A stretch of 64,000 nucleotides of DNA, taken from assembly GCA_026770705.1 (NCBI GenBank), contig JANJGN010000002.1:45694001-45758000 (forward strand). The letters run 5' to 3'. The position numbers were made by a program, and so were the translations under genes. This stretch comes from Isurus oxyrinchus. Lineage: Eukaryota. Under the pieces are notes generated by a model, which ran no database searches, had not been told where the DNA came from, and saw nothing but the letters and a program-made list of their open reading frames with translations. Below, one piece after another: positions 11,207 to 25,143 of the stretch (the stretch's first letter is position 1; the number at the start of each line of letters is the position of its first letter).

Positions 11207-12134
11207 TCTGACTTAGGGGGCAGTACAACTGCCACTTTCTGCTCCTCCAATCACAGCCTCATATTTTCTCCGTCCACTCCTGTTTTCCCAGTTGAGTTTT
11301 GATTCTCTGCTTGGGTGCATCCTTCAGCTGCCTACACTCTATAGCGGAGCATCACACATTCCTCAGCTCTGTGGCTGAACACCCTTTTCAATTCAATATA
11401 TCTCATGGTAAAAGGTGGAGCAGGCCAATTGAAAAGCACTCAAATAATACTCTAACCCTAATGGGAAAGCACAGGGGGTTTCGACAGGTGGAAGCAGAGA
11501 GTGACAGGTGGCACGTGGTGACATGTTATTGTCAGAAGAGTTTAACAGGAATCCGGATAACTGAGTGGAACATCTGAATCCACATGGGCATCTGACAAAA
11601 CACCCAAGTCTAATGTACCCAATTTTTTTTTTCGGTGAAAAGCATAAAGATGTGGAAACAGTGAGGAACTTGAGATTGGGCAGGAAGACGGTTCCTTGAA
11701 TTGACAATTCATGAGATTGCTTTCTGACTGGTCTGTGTGAGGGAATAAAAGGAAGTGCCCTGTGATAATGATGTGTCAATAGTGACTTTAATCCTAACAC
11801 TAAACCTAACCACAACAACGTTGAGAAGAAAGCTTTTTATGACGAACCCTAACCTACCCCAATCGATTCCCAGCCCCAAGTATCATACTGAAGCCATAAC
11901 TTTCAATGGGTTTTATAAACAGATGCAGAGTACAAAAGCCCAAAACATTTTTCTAAGGTTTTATGAAACAGTCCGACCCCCAATGTGACTATGGTTCCCA
12001 AATCTGGGTGTCCGAAGGATATAATTTAGGAAGGTTATAGGAGCTTGGGGGTTGGGGGGTGGGGGGAGGGGTATTGTGGAGATAAGGGACCCAGAAGCAG
12101 GAGCAACACAAGGGTCCATGATTTCTCTCTCTGT

Positions 12135-12190
12135 CCTGGCTGGCCTTGCCAGTGACGCCCACATCCCATGAAAGAATAACTAAAAACAAA
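12135..12190 (+). mobile_element. Isolated SINE/LINE 3' tail
   Basis: gctggccttgccagtgacgcccacatcccatgaaagaataa. Confidence 0.65.
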
Positions 12191-14025
12191 TTGCAGGGAA
12201 AGAGCGGGTTGAGGTAAAAGCCATTGTGATGAGTCTTGATTTCACCACGTTGAAGATTTAGACAGGAGGAGAAACACGTGGGATGTTTTACAAGAAAACA
12301 AGAGAGTTTCTTAATTGCAATCACTTTGTTTCTTAGTCAACTTTGTACAACACATTGTGCACTCAACCTTATTTGTTGACAACAGAGTTTCTCACTAGAA
12401 CACATTTGTCAGGAATTGTGCAAGGCATTCAATACTTTGGAACAGTTGTAATAGTAAACTGATTCAGGTTACACTATTAACTGTGAGGATGATGCGTGAA
12501 CAATTAGGCCCAAAATAGCTGGCATCCTGCTTTGTCACTGTAACTGTGGTGGAATGGGAATTGAGATACGCCATTGGGAGCAGATCAGAATCTTGCCAGA
12601 GTTTCCCTGACCAGGCAATATAAATAAATTAGATAGGCATCCACTTCTGTAATGGAGCAGCTTAGGTGCCAGCTGAGGTGGTGGGTGTGGGGGATGGGGT
12701 AGTGGGGTGCAGGGAGTAGAGTGTTGGAACGCTGCTTGACAGCAAAGGTAAGACTGGAAGACATCAAATAACTGTGAGATTGACTCCCCGTATGGAGGGA
12801 CAATTAACATTTTTCAGCTTGTAATTGTTTGGAAGGATTGAAGCGATGGCGCCACTTCTCCTGATCTGGACGCTGCAGGGAGGAGGCAGGAGTGGAGAAA
12901 TCTAGTGGAAAATGCCATCTCGTTAGCTTTCTTTTTTGAATGCCAACTGGAACTTAGTCTTGCAGGAAACTTTCAAAGTTTGGTTGGAAAGTCAGCATCA
13001 CTGGATTCTGCAGCATTGTCCATCATTGCCAGTTTAGGACCACCAGAAATCCATCTTGGGTACATCACTACCTCTGAGGAAATTTGGGGTCTTATATGTT
13101 TGTCAACTAAATGACAACAGCCCAAACCTTTTGTTCCATTATGTCAGTTTTTCAGTAGATCTAATTGGAGATGGGTTGCAACTCTTCATCCCTGTCTCCC
13201 TTTGGGTTGGTGCATGTAAAGTTCATGAAATTGAGTCAAACATGGTATCTGCCAGGTTTTCCATCATTTGCATACTTTCAATGTTGGGCCATGAGACACC
13301 TTTTAAGTCCCGGCATCCAGGGTTTAGATTTTGCTGGAGGAAAGTTCTGTCCAAAAAGGGAAAGAACGCAACAGTGCACAGGCCCCATTAGTTTAAACCA
13401 ATAGTTTAAAGGGCTAACAAAAATTCAAATCATGCAGTTGGTCACTTTTTTGTTCTCTCACTGTGACAAACCCTCCCAGCATGTTGTGGAAACTCTGACC
13501 CTGTACCTGTTGACTTCCAGAAAAGGCCAGGGGTTGCCTTTATGTAAATGTATATTGTTTATGTAAATGATCCAGGGGGAAGGCATAAGGCGAGGACAAA
13601 TGGGGACCCTCAGGAGTAAGCGGAAATGTCATCCTGCGAGAGATCTCTCCCAATCTAAAGGGGTGCAGAAACCCTAGGCCAACATTCCAAGCTACAGTTA
13701 ATCAAAATAAATCTCCTTCAAAGCACCAATATGTAAAAATGTAACCAATATGTTAAAAAGTGCAAATAGAGGCAGGATCATGAGTATTGAAAGGCTTCTG
13801 CTATGGTGCCTTCACTGCACTTCCACCAATCGGTCATGCCAATTTTAGTATTAGCATAAAAATAAATATTAGGTGACACTGTTAGAGGTGGGAAGAGCCA
13901 TCTAAAACTACCAGAAATGAAGTTGTAATTTGTGAACTTTAAGAAACTGGGCCTGTGTAGTTTGCTGCCATAGTACTGTAACAATGTTGGTATAATCAGA
14001 AAGAGACAAGCAGATACTTGAGGAT

Positions 14026-14176
14026 AAAAACAAAAAAAAACTGCGGATGCTGGAAATCCAAAACAAAAACAGTAAATTACCTGGAAAAACTCAGCAGGTC
14101 CGCCAGCATCGGCGGACTCGAAACGCCAACCCTTTTCTTCTCAGCCGATGCTGCCAGACCTGCTGAGTTTTTCCAG
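14026..14176. mobile_element. Short inverted Penelope-terminus insertion with target-site duplication
   Basis: Inverted arms ctggaaaaactcagcaggtc and gacctgctgagtttttccag; flanking direct repeat cagatacttgaggat at 14011-14025 and 14174-14188. Confidence 0.82.
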
Positions 14177-14720
14177 ATACTTGAGGATGTTTGTAACTAC
14201 TTAATTCAGTAGGTGGAACAGAAGAAAATCAGCCATGATTCTTTTAAAGATGTCATAATTTTGTTGGAGCAGTCCTGAGTCACAGGATGTTTCAGGTTGT
14301 TTATGTTGTGAAACATGCAGAAATAAAGATGCTGAGCAATGAAGAACAGTAAATGCTGTTGTCACGGACAGAATTTATGTGTTTTCTTACTACCCATGAT
14401 CAGTGTTTTTGTATGTAAAAGAGTGTATTTTCTTACCCTCAGGGTGATTGTTCCAATTTAAATTATCTCAGCAGCAAGCTTTTTGTGAGTTTTTAAATAA
14501 AGAAGGTTTTTTATTATAAAACACTTGCCCTGGAGGTTTAAAACACAATGTCTCACTCACTTGACTCACAGGCAGTATCATAAACACAAAGGTTAGTTAC
14601 AGATGAAAGTAAAACAATACAATTATGACTTATGGATTCAAATCTTCTGATCAGCGTTGGAACCACTTTGTCCAACATCGATCAGACAGAAAACTACCCA
14701 CTTACTGGCATACGATATTT

Positions 14721-15288
14721 TGGGCCAGATCTCCAATCCACAATGCAGCAGAACTCCCTCAGTGGAGGAATCCATGAAGAGAGCAGTGGAGAGAATCGGT
14801 GCTTTGGTGCTGAAGCCATGCTCCCTTTTTATGACACTCGCTGCTGTTTTCTGGTAAATATTTAAAGAACCGAAAGCTTTGCGGTGTGTTAGTAAATGAG
14901 TGAATGGATGAATGGGTAAGTGGGTATATGTAGGTGTGTAAGTGGTTAAGTGAGTGAAGTAAGTGGGTAGGGTAGCTGTGGGTAAGGTGGTAATGTGGCA
15001 GGTGGGTGAGGTGGCATGTTGGCAGGGGGGCAGGTGGATGAGTGGGTATGTGGGTTGGGTGCTAGACGTGTCAGGTTGGTGGTGGGGGCTAGTCAGGTTG
15101 GGAGGGGTTATCGGGCGGGGGTTTGTTGGGTGGTGGGGGCTAGTCAGGTTGGGCGGGGGGTGTAGTCAGGTCAGGGTGAGTCAGGAGGAGTAGGCAGGGG
15201 ATCGACTGAGAAGTCAGGGAAATCAGTTTAAGTGATGGGGAGGTCAGTTGTATCGTTACCCAGGAGTTAGACTAGGATTTTTCTGTCC
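14721..15288. mobile_element. Possible non-autonomous DNA element with a G/T-rich low-complexity core
   Basis: gggccagat... start and ...ttttctgtcc end resemble Harbinger TIRs; internal direct repeat ggtggtgggggctagtcaggttggg. Confidence 0.35.
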
Positions 15289-15869
15289 AATTACCAAATT
15301 TCAGTTTTTCTCTTTGCTAGTTCCACTGCATTTCTCTCTCATCTTTTTCCCTTTGTATTTGTAACTGGGACTCTAATTCCACTTTCCACATCGCAAATTC
15401 CTTATCAGTTTGGATTCTAACACTACTCTGTCAGTTTCTACTTCTATGTTTATTTCCTCTGCTTCTGATTCAATGTCTGTGATTAGCTAGAATTTGAATG
15501 ATTTCGGGCTACCTATCTTTTGGCCTTCTTTTGGCCTTTCATTTACCTGCATGACCACAGCTCTTAGTTCCTCACTAGTTAATGCTTTTAATGTACCCCA
15601 CGAGGCCTGCAAGTCTGAGTGTCTATAATTGAAATGGAGAGGGGCAGTCATCAGCACCTGGAAAGGTCATTTGTATTTCAAATGACTTGCCCAGGCATGA
15701 GTTGGTCCCTGTGTCTGTACAGAAAACACAAAAGATCATCACCTAAGCCCATGGACTCCATATTGTATCTAGGTAAATTGTCCTCCTATATTCTGTTTTT
15801 TAAACATAGAGTGTCCATCTTCATAACATTTTAGACATTTTATGCGGACATTGCACCACTCTACCAGGT

Positions 15870-18800
15870 CTTGGATGAGCCCTTCTTTGTTGGGATTCAT
15901 AGAAAGCTTTCGAGATAGTTTCTTAAAGCAGCATGTTCTGGAACCAACCAGAGAGCAGGTTACATTGGACTTGGTAATGTGTAGTGTGACAGGATTAATT
16001 AATGACCTCAGAGAAAAGGCACCCCAAGGTAGCAGCGACCACAATATGATTGAATTTTACATCCAGTTTGAAAGTGAGAAGAGTGGATCTAAGACTAGTA
16101 TTTTAAACTTAAATAAAGGTAAACTTAATGTAGACATGAAAGCTGAGCTAGCTGAAATGAACTGGGACACTAGGCTATAGGATAGATCAATAGAGAAGCA
16201 GCGGCGGACATTGGAACTGATATTTCAGAATACTCAGAATAAATATATTCCTACTATAAAGACAATTTCTAAGGGGAGGACCCACCATCTGTGGTTAACT
16301 AAAGAAGTTAAGGAAGGCATCAAACTTAAGGGAAAAACATAAACCTGTGCAAAGATGAGTGGCAGGTCAGATGATTGTTGAGAATATAAAGAACAGCTGA
16401 GAATGACTGAAAGGTTAATCAGGGGAAAGAAATTAAAGTAAGAGAGGAAGCTAGCTAGAAATGTGAAAACGGATAGCAAGAGTTTCTACAGGTATTTAAA
16501 AAGAAAGAGTAAGTAAAGCGAATATTGGTTCTCTAGAGGGTGAGAATGTGGACTTAATAGTAGATGATAAGGAAATGGTGGATGAAATGAACAAATATTT
16601 TGCTTCTGTCTTCATGATAAAGGATACAAAAACATTCCCATGATAGCTGTAAACCAGGATGTGAAAGGAAGAGGGTAACTTGATGAAATTACAGTCACTG
16701 GGGAAGCAGTACTGAGCAAACTGATGAAGTCTCCAGGTCCTGATGGACTTCATGCTAGGGTCTTAAAAGATGTGGCGAATGAGGTAGTAGATGTGTTAGT
16801 TTAATTTTCCAAAATTCGCTAGACACTGGAAAGGTTCCATCAGACTGGAAAGTAGCAAATATAACCCCTCAATTCAGGAAGGGAGGGAGGCAGAAAATGG
16901 AAACTATAGGCCAGTTAGCTTGACGCCTGTTGTGGGGAAGTTATAAGAATCGGTCATTAAGGAGGTCATAGCTAGGCACTTAGAGAAACTCAAGGTAATC
17001 AGAAAGAGTCAGCATGGTTTTATGAAAGGGATATATTTAACAAATTGTGGATTTCTTTGAAAGAATAACATGCACTGTGGATGAAGGGGAACCTGTAGAC
17101 GTACTGTACTTGAATTTCCAGAAGGCATTTGATAAGGCATGAAAACTAAAAGCTCAGGGTGTAGGAGTAACATATTAGCAATGGATAGAAGGTTGGCTGT
17201 CTGGCATAAATGGGTCTTTTCCTGATTGGCAGGATGTGACGAGTGGAGTCCCGCTGGGTCTGTGCTGGGGTCACAGCTTTACAATTTATATCAATGACTT
17301 AGATGAGGGGAGTGAAGGCATGGTAGCTAAATTTGCAGACGGCAGAAAGATAGGTAGGAAAGTATTTTGTTGTGAAGAGTATGTAAAGGAGGTTGCAGGT
17401 GGATATAGATAAGTTGAGTGAGTGTGCCAAGCTCTGGCAGATGGAGTGCAATGTGGGAAAATGTGTAAGTTGTTCACTTTGGCAGGAAGAATAAAAAAGC
17501 AGAGTACTTAAACAGAGAATGGCTGCAGAGTTCTGAGGTGCATCCCTGCCCTAAAAAGGCATACTAGGGTTGGAATTTAGCCCTCGTCAATGGGCTTGGC
17601 GGGGGTGGACAGGGCATTCAAGAAGCTGACCATTGCCTGCGATCAAGGCCAGATCAAGCCTGCCGAGCATGAAAAGTGAGCGGCAGTGCTCAGTGACGCC
17701 TGTGCGGGAGTGGGGGAAGAGGGCAAGCTGGGCAAGCACAATCTTCGTGCATACACGTGAGTGCGCGCTTGAGAGTCTCCCTGAGGCACAAAGCTGCCTT
17801 GGAGAGATGAAGAGTTTTTAAAAAAATAATAAAGATGTGAAAAATGTTATGAAACATGTCCCTACTCATGTGAATGTGGCACATAAGTAGCGACATGTTA
17901 TAAGTGAAATTTAAAAAATTTTATTTTATTTTTATTTAACGTTGGAAACCTCATCCGTAGGGTTGGATGGGCAGTGAAAAATTTAACTTATTTGATTCTT
18001 TAATGGCCTTAACAGGCCTTTTAATTGTTGGCAGGCAAGCTGCCGATTCCTGCTCGTGCCCACCAACCAAACAAACGCGCAACTGCTCGTTGACGTCAAG
18101 ACGCTCGCCCGATGTCAACACGCATCATTTCACACTCGAGTGGGTTGGGTGCGTGCATGCCTGCCAAGGTAAAAATTCCGCCCTAGGTGTTCTGGTGCAT
18201 GAGTCACAAAATATTAGCATGCAGGTACAGCAAGTAATTAAGCAGGCTAATGGAATGCTGTCCTTTATTATGAGAGGAATTTAACGTAAAAGTAAGGATG
18301 TTATGCCTCAGTTATACAGGGCATTGGTGCAGCCACATCTTGAATACTGTGTGCAGTTTTGGTCTCCTTATTTAAGGAAGGATGTAAATGCGTGGAGGCA
18401 GTTCAGAGGAGGTTTACTAGGCTGATATCTGGAATGAGTGTGCTCACTTATAAGGAAAGGTTGGACAGAATAAACTTGTTTCCATTGGAGTTTAGAGGAG
18501 TGAGAGGTGATTTGACTGAAGTAGGTAAGATCCTGAATGGTCTTGACAAGATGGATATTGGCAAAGATGTTTCCTCTTGTGGGTGAACCCAGAGATTAGG
18601 GGCATTGTTCTAAAATTAGGGGTCACTCTTTTAGGACAGAGAAGAGGAGAAACTTTTTCTCTGAGGGTTGTGCAACATTTGAACTCTTTGCCTCCAGGTG
18701 GTGGTGGAGGCAGGGTCATTGAATATTTTTAAGGTGGAGTTAGATCGATTCTTGTTAGGCAAAGGATTCAAAGGTTATCAGGTGTGAATGGGAATGTGGA

Positions 18801-18900
18801 ATTCAAAACACAAACAGATCAGCCATGATCTTATTGAATGGCGGAGCAGGCTCAAGGTGCTGAATGGCCTCCTCCTGCTCCAATTGCATATGTTCGCATG
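15870..18900 (+). mobile_element. 5'-truncated CR1 (HER1-like) LINE ORF2 pseudogene
   Basis: Endonuclease tail FLKQHVLEPTREQVTLDLV...SDHNMIEF; RT motifs NYRPVSLT, QHGF, FQKAFDK, KFADG (decayed FADD); CR1 3' tail; interrupted by a MITE. Confidence 0.93.
17568..18183. mobile_element. Harbinger-type MITE inserted in CR1
   Basis: TIRs ggttggaattt / aaattccgccc; 3 bp TSD TAG (CTA if shifted by one base); reverse orientation relative to the 26390 copy. Confidence 0.85.
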
Positions 18901-20049
18901 TCAATAGTTCCCTAAAAGAATTGCTGAAAACCACTGAAAAATGACTGCAAAATTGAAAATATGGTAGTTTCTTAGATGCAGAAGGAACAGAGTGTTCCTC
19001 CTTGCTAAGAAAAGATGCAGGTTGCTTCTGGCCCAGGTTTCCCCTCACTTAAGAATGGATTCCCCTCACTTCCAGGTCACTCAAGGGCTACTCCTTCATT
19101 ACAACCTGCTCAAATTGTGACTGAATCAAGGAGCTGCTCCTTTATACCTGGTAGGCTGCAGCAGATCACTGATTCTATGGAGAAGAGCCCAGATGCTGAG
19201 TTTGGAACAGGCTTCCCACTGGCACAAATTTTTGACCACTGCCCCTTCCTGTCTATGACCCTGATTCACCTTCCTGCATTGCGACTTACCAAGAGGGAAC
19301 CGATTGCAGCTAAGAAGGGAAATCTCAGCAGCACTGCCATGGGACCACCAATGCAGCAGTGGAAGGGGCATATTGAAGCATGCCTTTAAGGGATATCAGC
19401 ATGACACCAGTCTTAGTTTCACTTTTGCTTTGAGCAGAGCACAAACACACACTATAATATTACGACATGATGATCAGCGGTGGTCATACAGGTGGCAGCA
19501 AGATTAAGTGCAGGTACGACATGGTGAACAGCCTTAGATTGTACTACATGGCATGAGATTACCCTCAACGTTTTGGTCAGACTGCAATGAGTTTGCAGCA
19601 TCAAAGTGTTAAAAACACAGCATAGGACTGTGCAGAGCAGCTTTGAAGACACGGCGCTGAGCTAGTGCTCAAGTTAAGAGTGGGAAGCAGATGGATCCCT
19701 TGCATACCCTGTCAGCTCTGTGAGTGGGACAGCTGCATCGAGAGGACCAACAATGGGTTAACTGCGTCGGGAAAGCAAGTGACTGGGGCATGGGCCGGGT
19801 TGATAGCGAGCGAGGGAGAGTCCAACAAAAAAAAATCATAAAAATCAGGCCAGAGAAGGTTGCGATTATAATGAGTGGCTTTGGGAATTACTGAACAATA
19901 AATAGTGTAAAAAGCAAAGAAGCCATTACTCCGTGGTGTGTTCCCACCACAACGCACCTTCATGGGTGAAGCTTCGGAAAAGTGCACAAAAGCAGCTACA
20001 GTGACACTCATCCCAGGTACTACAGAAGAAGGAAACTCAAAGGATTATT

Positions 20050-23000
20050 GTCAGAATGCCCACAAAATCCCAATTTGAATTGGGATGCAGCTAACCTATT
20101 ATCTGAATTCAAAATGTTTGAACAGCGTACAGTTTCTTGATTCAGGTGTGTCTGAACTATGCAGGCAAGCTGTAAATATTCACTTAGCACAAGGGAATGA
20201 AGGTCTACACAGGCTATACATATCAGGATTAACAGAAGAAGAGCTTAAGGATCCTCAAAAGATATGGGCTACATTGGAAGACCGATTCAGAATCAAGTTA
20301 AAAAACTGTATTCATCAGCTAGAGTTTCATGTCATTTCGACAACAGCCTACAGGAGCCATAGACCACTTTGTCAGCAAGTGCAGATAAAAGAGTAGGCAC
20401 TGTGATTTTTCAAGTGCAGAGCTAGCAGACAGAATTGTTGAGTTGGTGATCGCATCCATTTCCTTGGAAGAATTCCATTAAGATATGCTAGACAAGCCCA
20501 AAAAGTATAGCGTGAGGAGCTACTCCTGGATGGAGCTAAGTACAAAATGACTCTTGCAGGTTGACAAAGCTTGCATGTCCTAAGTACAACCTTCATTGCT
20601 GACGCACTCACCAGAACACCCAAACCTAGCAAGATATGTAGAAGGTGTGGTCTTTTGCATGCCCAGCTTTTCATCAATTCCATAAGGCATTTGGCAGAAA
20701 GGGCCATTGGCAGCGACAGTGCTTGAGCAAAGGCTGGTGTAGCTATATAGAGCAGTGCACTGATCCAAACAGACCATACACGATAGATACCTTCAAGCAA
20801 TAAGACCATCTGGTGTCCCGTCAGAAACATATACATGAGGCAATTGACAGACCTGAAAATGTCGATGATGTGTGTGACGAGACGAAGAGCAGTGAGCACA
20901 TGTTTCACACCGGTAATCTTGTGGAAAGTATACATGCCGTCACGCCATCTGAAATGTTTGCCAAGATTAGAATTATCTGTCCTAAAAGAGTTGGTAATTA
21001 TTCATCATTGACCTAGATTGACACAGGGCAAGTGCCAACATACTACCTCTATGAATTCTAAAAGAGACATGTCCACAGATATAGAGGGCCATGGCAAAAC
21101 CTACTGCTGTGAAATTTTCCGTATGCAATGGTTCACTAATTCCACATGAAGGATCCATTATCCTGCAGTACAAGTACAATCAATTCTCTTGGGTGTCACA
21201 GAGGCTCTATATTGTGGAAACTGAAGGCCCAGCGATTATTTAAAAATAAGGGATTGCCCATTTAAGACAGAGATGAGGAGAATTTTTTTTTGAGGATAGT
21301 GAGTCTTTAGAACTTCCTTCCTCAAAAGGTGGCCAAAGCAGAGTCTTTGAATACTTTTAAGGCAGAGCTAGATTCTTGATAAGGAAGGGGATGAAAGGTT
21401 ATCAAGGGGATAGATAGGAATGTAAAGTTGAGGTTACAGTCAGATCAGCCATGATCTTATTGAATGGTGGAACAGGCTCAAAGGGCCAGGTGGCCTACTG
21501 CTCCTAATTTGTATGTTTGTATGTATGTTCATATGTTCGATTGCAGGTCTACTGGCATACTGTGACCTCACACTAGATACAATCCATGGAATCAGTCAGA
21601 CAGCACAAGGCAGATCAATCTCAGAAAATGCTCCCATCATCTCAGTTCATGGCCTAACATCAAAATATCCAGAATGTTTCAACAAAATTGGCAGTTTCAA
21701 GAGAGCTACAACATTACACTTGCAGGAAAATGCAAGTCTGCCAATTGATCCACCATGTAAGTGCAGCATCCACATACAAGACAACTTGAAGGTTGAACTA
21801 GACAAAATGGAAAAAGACAGAAACATTTGAAGGGTGTAAGAGCACACAGATTGGTGCAGCTCAATCACGTGTCATAAAGAAGGATGGATCATTGAGAGTA
21901 TGCCTTGATCCATGACTTAAATGGAGCTTTAAAACATTGTCCTTACAAAATACCCATATTAGAAGAATTAAATCTGAGATTTGAAGGTTCAAAATTCTCT
22001 CAAAACTTTATACCAAACATGGTTATTGGTCAATACATCTCACGAAGAAGTCACAAGGGTTTACTACATTTTGTACCCCATTTGGATGATACTGTTTTCA
22101 ATGACTTCCTTTTGGGCTATCTGTTAGCCAGGATCTCTTTCAAGCTCACTTGGCCTACAATACATGAACTATGCTAGGATGCACCTGTATTGCAGATGGT
22201 ATTGCTGTTGTGGGAAGAACAAAGCAAGAACATGACCATAATCTGCACTTATTGATGCAAGTGACACATAATGAAGGATTGGTGTTCAATAGTCTGAAAT
22301 GTGACATCAATGTGCAGCAGATCAATTTCTTCAGCTCTGTTTATTCTAGCGCTGGTTTATGTCCTGAACCAAGTAAAATAGAGGATATTAAAGCCAATAT
22401 GACTAGGTTTTTAATTTCTTGTCTCTATACATTCCCAATTTCACTCAAAAACCTTCATCACTAAGGGAATTGTTGAGAAAAGATTTGCCTCTCCTGTGGC
22501 AGAAGACCACCTGTACCTTTTTGAAGCACTGAAACAGTCATTATCAAAAGCATCAATTTTGCAATTTTATGATCCTAGGGAGTCAGTTACCCTGGAGATA
22601 GATGCCTCACAGAAATGTTTGGGAGCATGCATAATCCAGAAAGTAAACTGATTGCGTTTGTTTCAAAACCTCTGTCCGTAACAAATCAAACTCCTTCAAC
22701 ATTGAGTGGGAAACATTGGTTTTAGCATTTGGAATCATGCATTTTCATACCTATCTCTCTGGCCAAAGATTTGTGGTGGAGACCTACCAAAAGCCACTGA
22801 AGATGATTTGACAAAAAACATTGACAAGTGCACTGCCAAGATTGCAACATCTCTTGATAAAGATTCAAGGTTATGACTGTGACATTACGTACAAGCCTGG
22901 TCACCTGATTGTCACATTAGATAGTCTTGGCAGATTGCTTAACCCAATGAAAATGGAAGGTGTATCCTTGGATCTGCAAGTTGATTTAATTGACCTCGGA

Positions 23001-24110
23001 CTTGAAACATCTCCAAATTGACCTGGTGCATTTTGTGCAATGCAAATGCCAGCAGGTATGACAAGAAATGGCAAAAAGTTCCACACTACAGATACTATGG
23101 AAAACTGTCATTGAAGGATGGCCTGATTCAAGTCAACATGTCCACCAACACATGAGAGCATCTTAGCCTTATCGGCATGAGCCAGGAATCTCCTGGGAGC
23201 CATTTTTAAAGGTAGGCAAGTCGTCATACCCGAAGCTTTGCAACCTGATATTCTCCAGCAACTTCATCACTTAAACATGGGCATAGATCAGATTCGCAAG
23301 AGAGATTGTCTATTGGCTGGGTATGAACTATGTCATTGAAGTTGTCGTCAAGAAGTGTGAGGCATGTCAAGAGCATATACCAAGTCAGCACAAAGTACCA
23401 TTGATTCCATATGAAGCTCCTACCTATCCTTGGTCCAAAATCACATCCGACCACTCATGTCCAAAGCACTGACTTCATCATCATTGTCAACTACTTTACC
23501 AAGTACCCCATTATTCGACAATTGCACAATACATCAGTCACAACTGTCACACACACTCTTGTGCAATTATCAGTTTATTTGGTGTGCCTCAAGAGATCAT
23601 TATAGATAATGGTCCACAATGTATTGGTAAGCCATTTGAAGACGTGTGAGAAGTGGAATATTGATCACATTACTTCTTCTCTTCTACCTAGATCTAATGG
23701 CCCAGCTGAATGAATGATTTGCACAACGAAATCCATAATTCTCAAATGTAGACAAATCAAACAAGATCTACACTTTGCAATGTTACATCTGAGAGCAAGA
23801 CGTTTAAGTCCATCACTGGCAGAGCTCATGTTTGGCAAACCAGCATGTACCATTTACCTACTTTTAACCATTCCATTCTCTCAGAAACTAGACAGCAACT
23901 TTTAAAACTGCAAGAAACGATGACTAATGTGCATGATGAAAATGAAGGCACAGTATTGTCAAGTTTACAGTTGGGACAAGTTCATATCCAGGATCACACA
24001 GATGATACATGGCAACCAGCTGAGGTGACAAGTATTTGTTCAGAACCAAAATTCTATGAAGTTTCTGCACACAAAGGCACAATAGGAGGTGTAACTGAGG
24101 ACAAATAAGA
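20050..24110 (+). pseudogene. gag-pol of Gypsy element 2 (many stops and frameshifts)
   Basis: gag GNEGLHRLYISGLTEEELKDPQKIWATLEDRF; knuckle KGHWQRQC; protease IDTGASANILP; RT CIADGIAVVG..EHDHNL; RH DASQKCLGA and PRLQHLLIKIQGYD; IN DNGPQ and SNGPAE. Confidence 0.9.
21238..21537 (+). mobile_element. CR1 3' fragment inserted in pol of Gypsy element 2
   Basis: CR1 tail with (tatgtt)n; direct repeat CGATT at 21233-21237 and 21538-21542. Confidence 0.85.
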
Positions 24111-24542
24111 TCCGTTCCAGCCCCTCAACCACCATGCAGTCCTATTGCAACTAGAACAAGATCCCAAATACAACCAGGAACAACATACAAGAATGACAAC
24201 CCTATAGATCACGGTGAGCCATTAAAGAAACCTCCAGACAAGGATACCAGTACAAGATTTGGACGTACCAGCAAATTACCTTTATGCTTTGGTGACTCAT
24301 TGATTTATGCACTTATGTAATGGTAACTAAACATGAAAATGTACTGTAGCTAGTCATACTTCTTTGGAATGGGGGGAAAATATCTTTGAAAAGAAACCAG
24401 GATGTAATATGCCTTTAAGGGATATCAGCATGAAATCAATGGAAGGGAAATGTGTCATGTGATCCAGTCTTAGTTTCACTTTTGCTTTGAGCAGAGCACA
24501 CAAACACAGCTCTGATGTCTTCAAGCTTTGTACCTATGTATA

Positions 24543-25143
24543 GCTGTTCACCAAGCTGAATCTTCGGCTTGGTGAGCAGGGGCGGGGCCTGCTTGCCAGG
24601 GAGTAAAATGACCCGTGGTGACGTCAGGCGTTTGTCCTGACGTCATGGCGCATCATTCAGACTTTCAGTTCGGCGGGCGTGCACCCAAGCTGGCTGTGTG
24701 CCCGCCGAACTGTTAAAGGCCTATTAAGGCCATATAACTCTCAATTAAAGTAATTAAGGGAGCTGCCCACCTAACCTTAAGGTTGGCAGGCAGGTGAAAA
24801 GCCCAGGTGGCCTTCTCATTTTTCATGGAACCTCATCCACGGGTGGGATAAGGTTTCATGAATGATTTTAAATTTTGACAAAAATTTTTGTTGAAATTAA
24901 TGCACATGTCCCAGCTCATGTGACAGTTTCAGATGAGGGGACATGTCATAAAAATTTCCTAGCCAGTTTATTAAACTTCTTGGACTTAAAACTAATTTTG
25001 CATGCACGAAAGAGTGCACTCCTGACTCAGTCAACCCCTCCCTCCCCCGCCCGCATAGGGTGCGCACAGCACTTCCAGGTGTGCATCACATCTGTACTCC
25101 TCCCGCCCAGCCCCCCACCCCCGACAGGCAGAAAATTCTGCCC
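24543..25143. mobile_element. Harbinger-type MITE inside the 3' LTR of Gypsy element 2
   Basis: Right TIR aaaattctgccc; left end eroded; probable ATA TSD; internal motifs shared with the other MITEs. Confidence 0.8.

Noticed and set aside
12815-13415. Coding-looking stretch after a minus-strand acceptor near 13414
   Set aside because: Stops in all frames and no family match that I can recognise.
14900-15200. G-rich ORF 14963-15193 and G-quadruplex potential
   Set aside because: Low-complexity core of a probable repeat; the ORF is a compositional artefact and there is no evidence of function.
14360-15866. Possible ERV-like LTR starting tgtcacgg
   Set aside because: I could not define a matching end or TSD.
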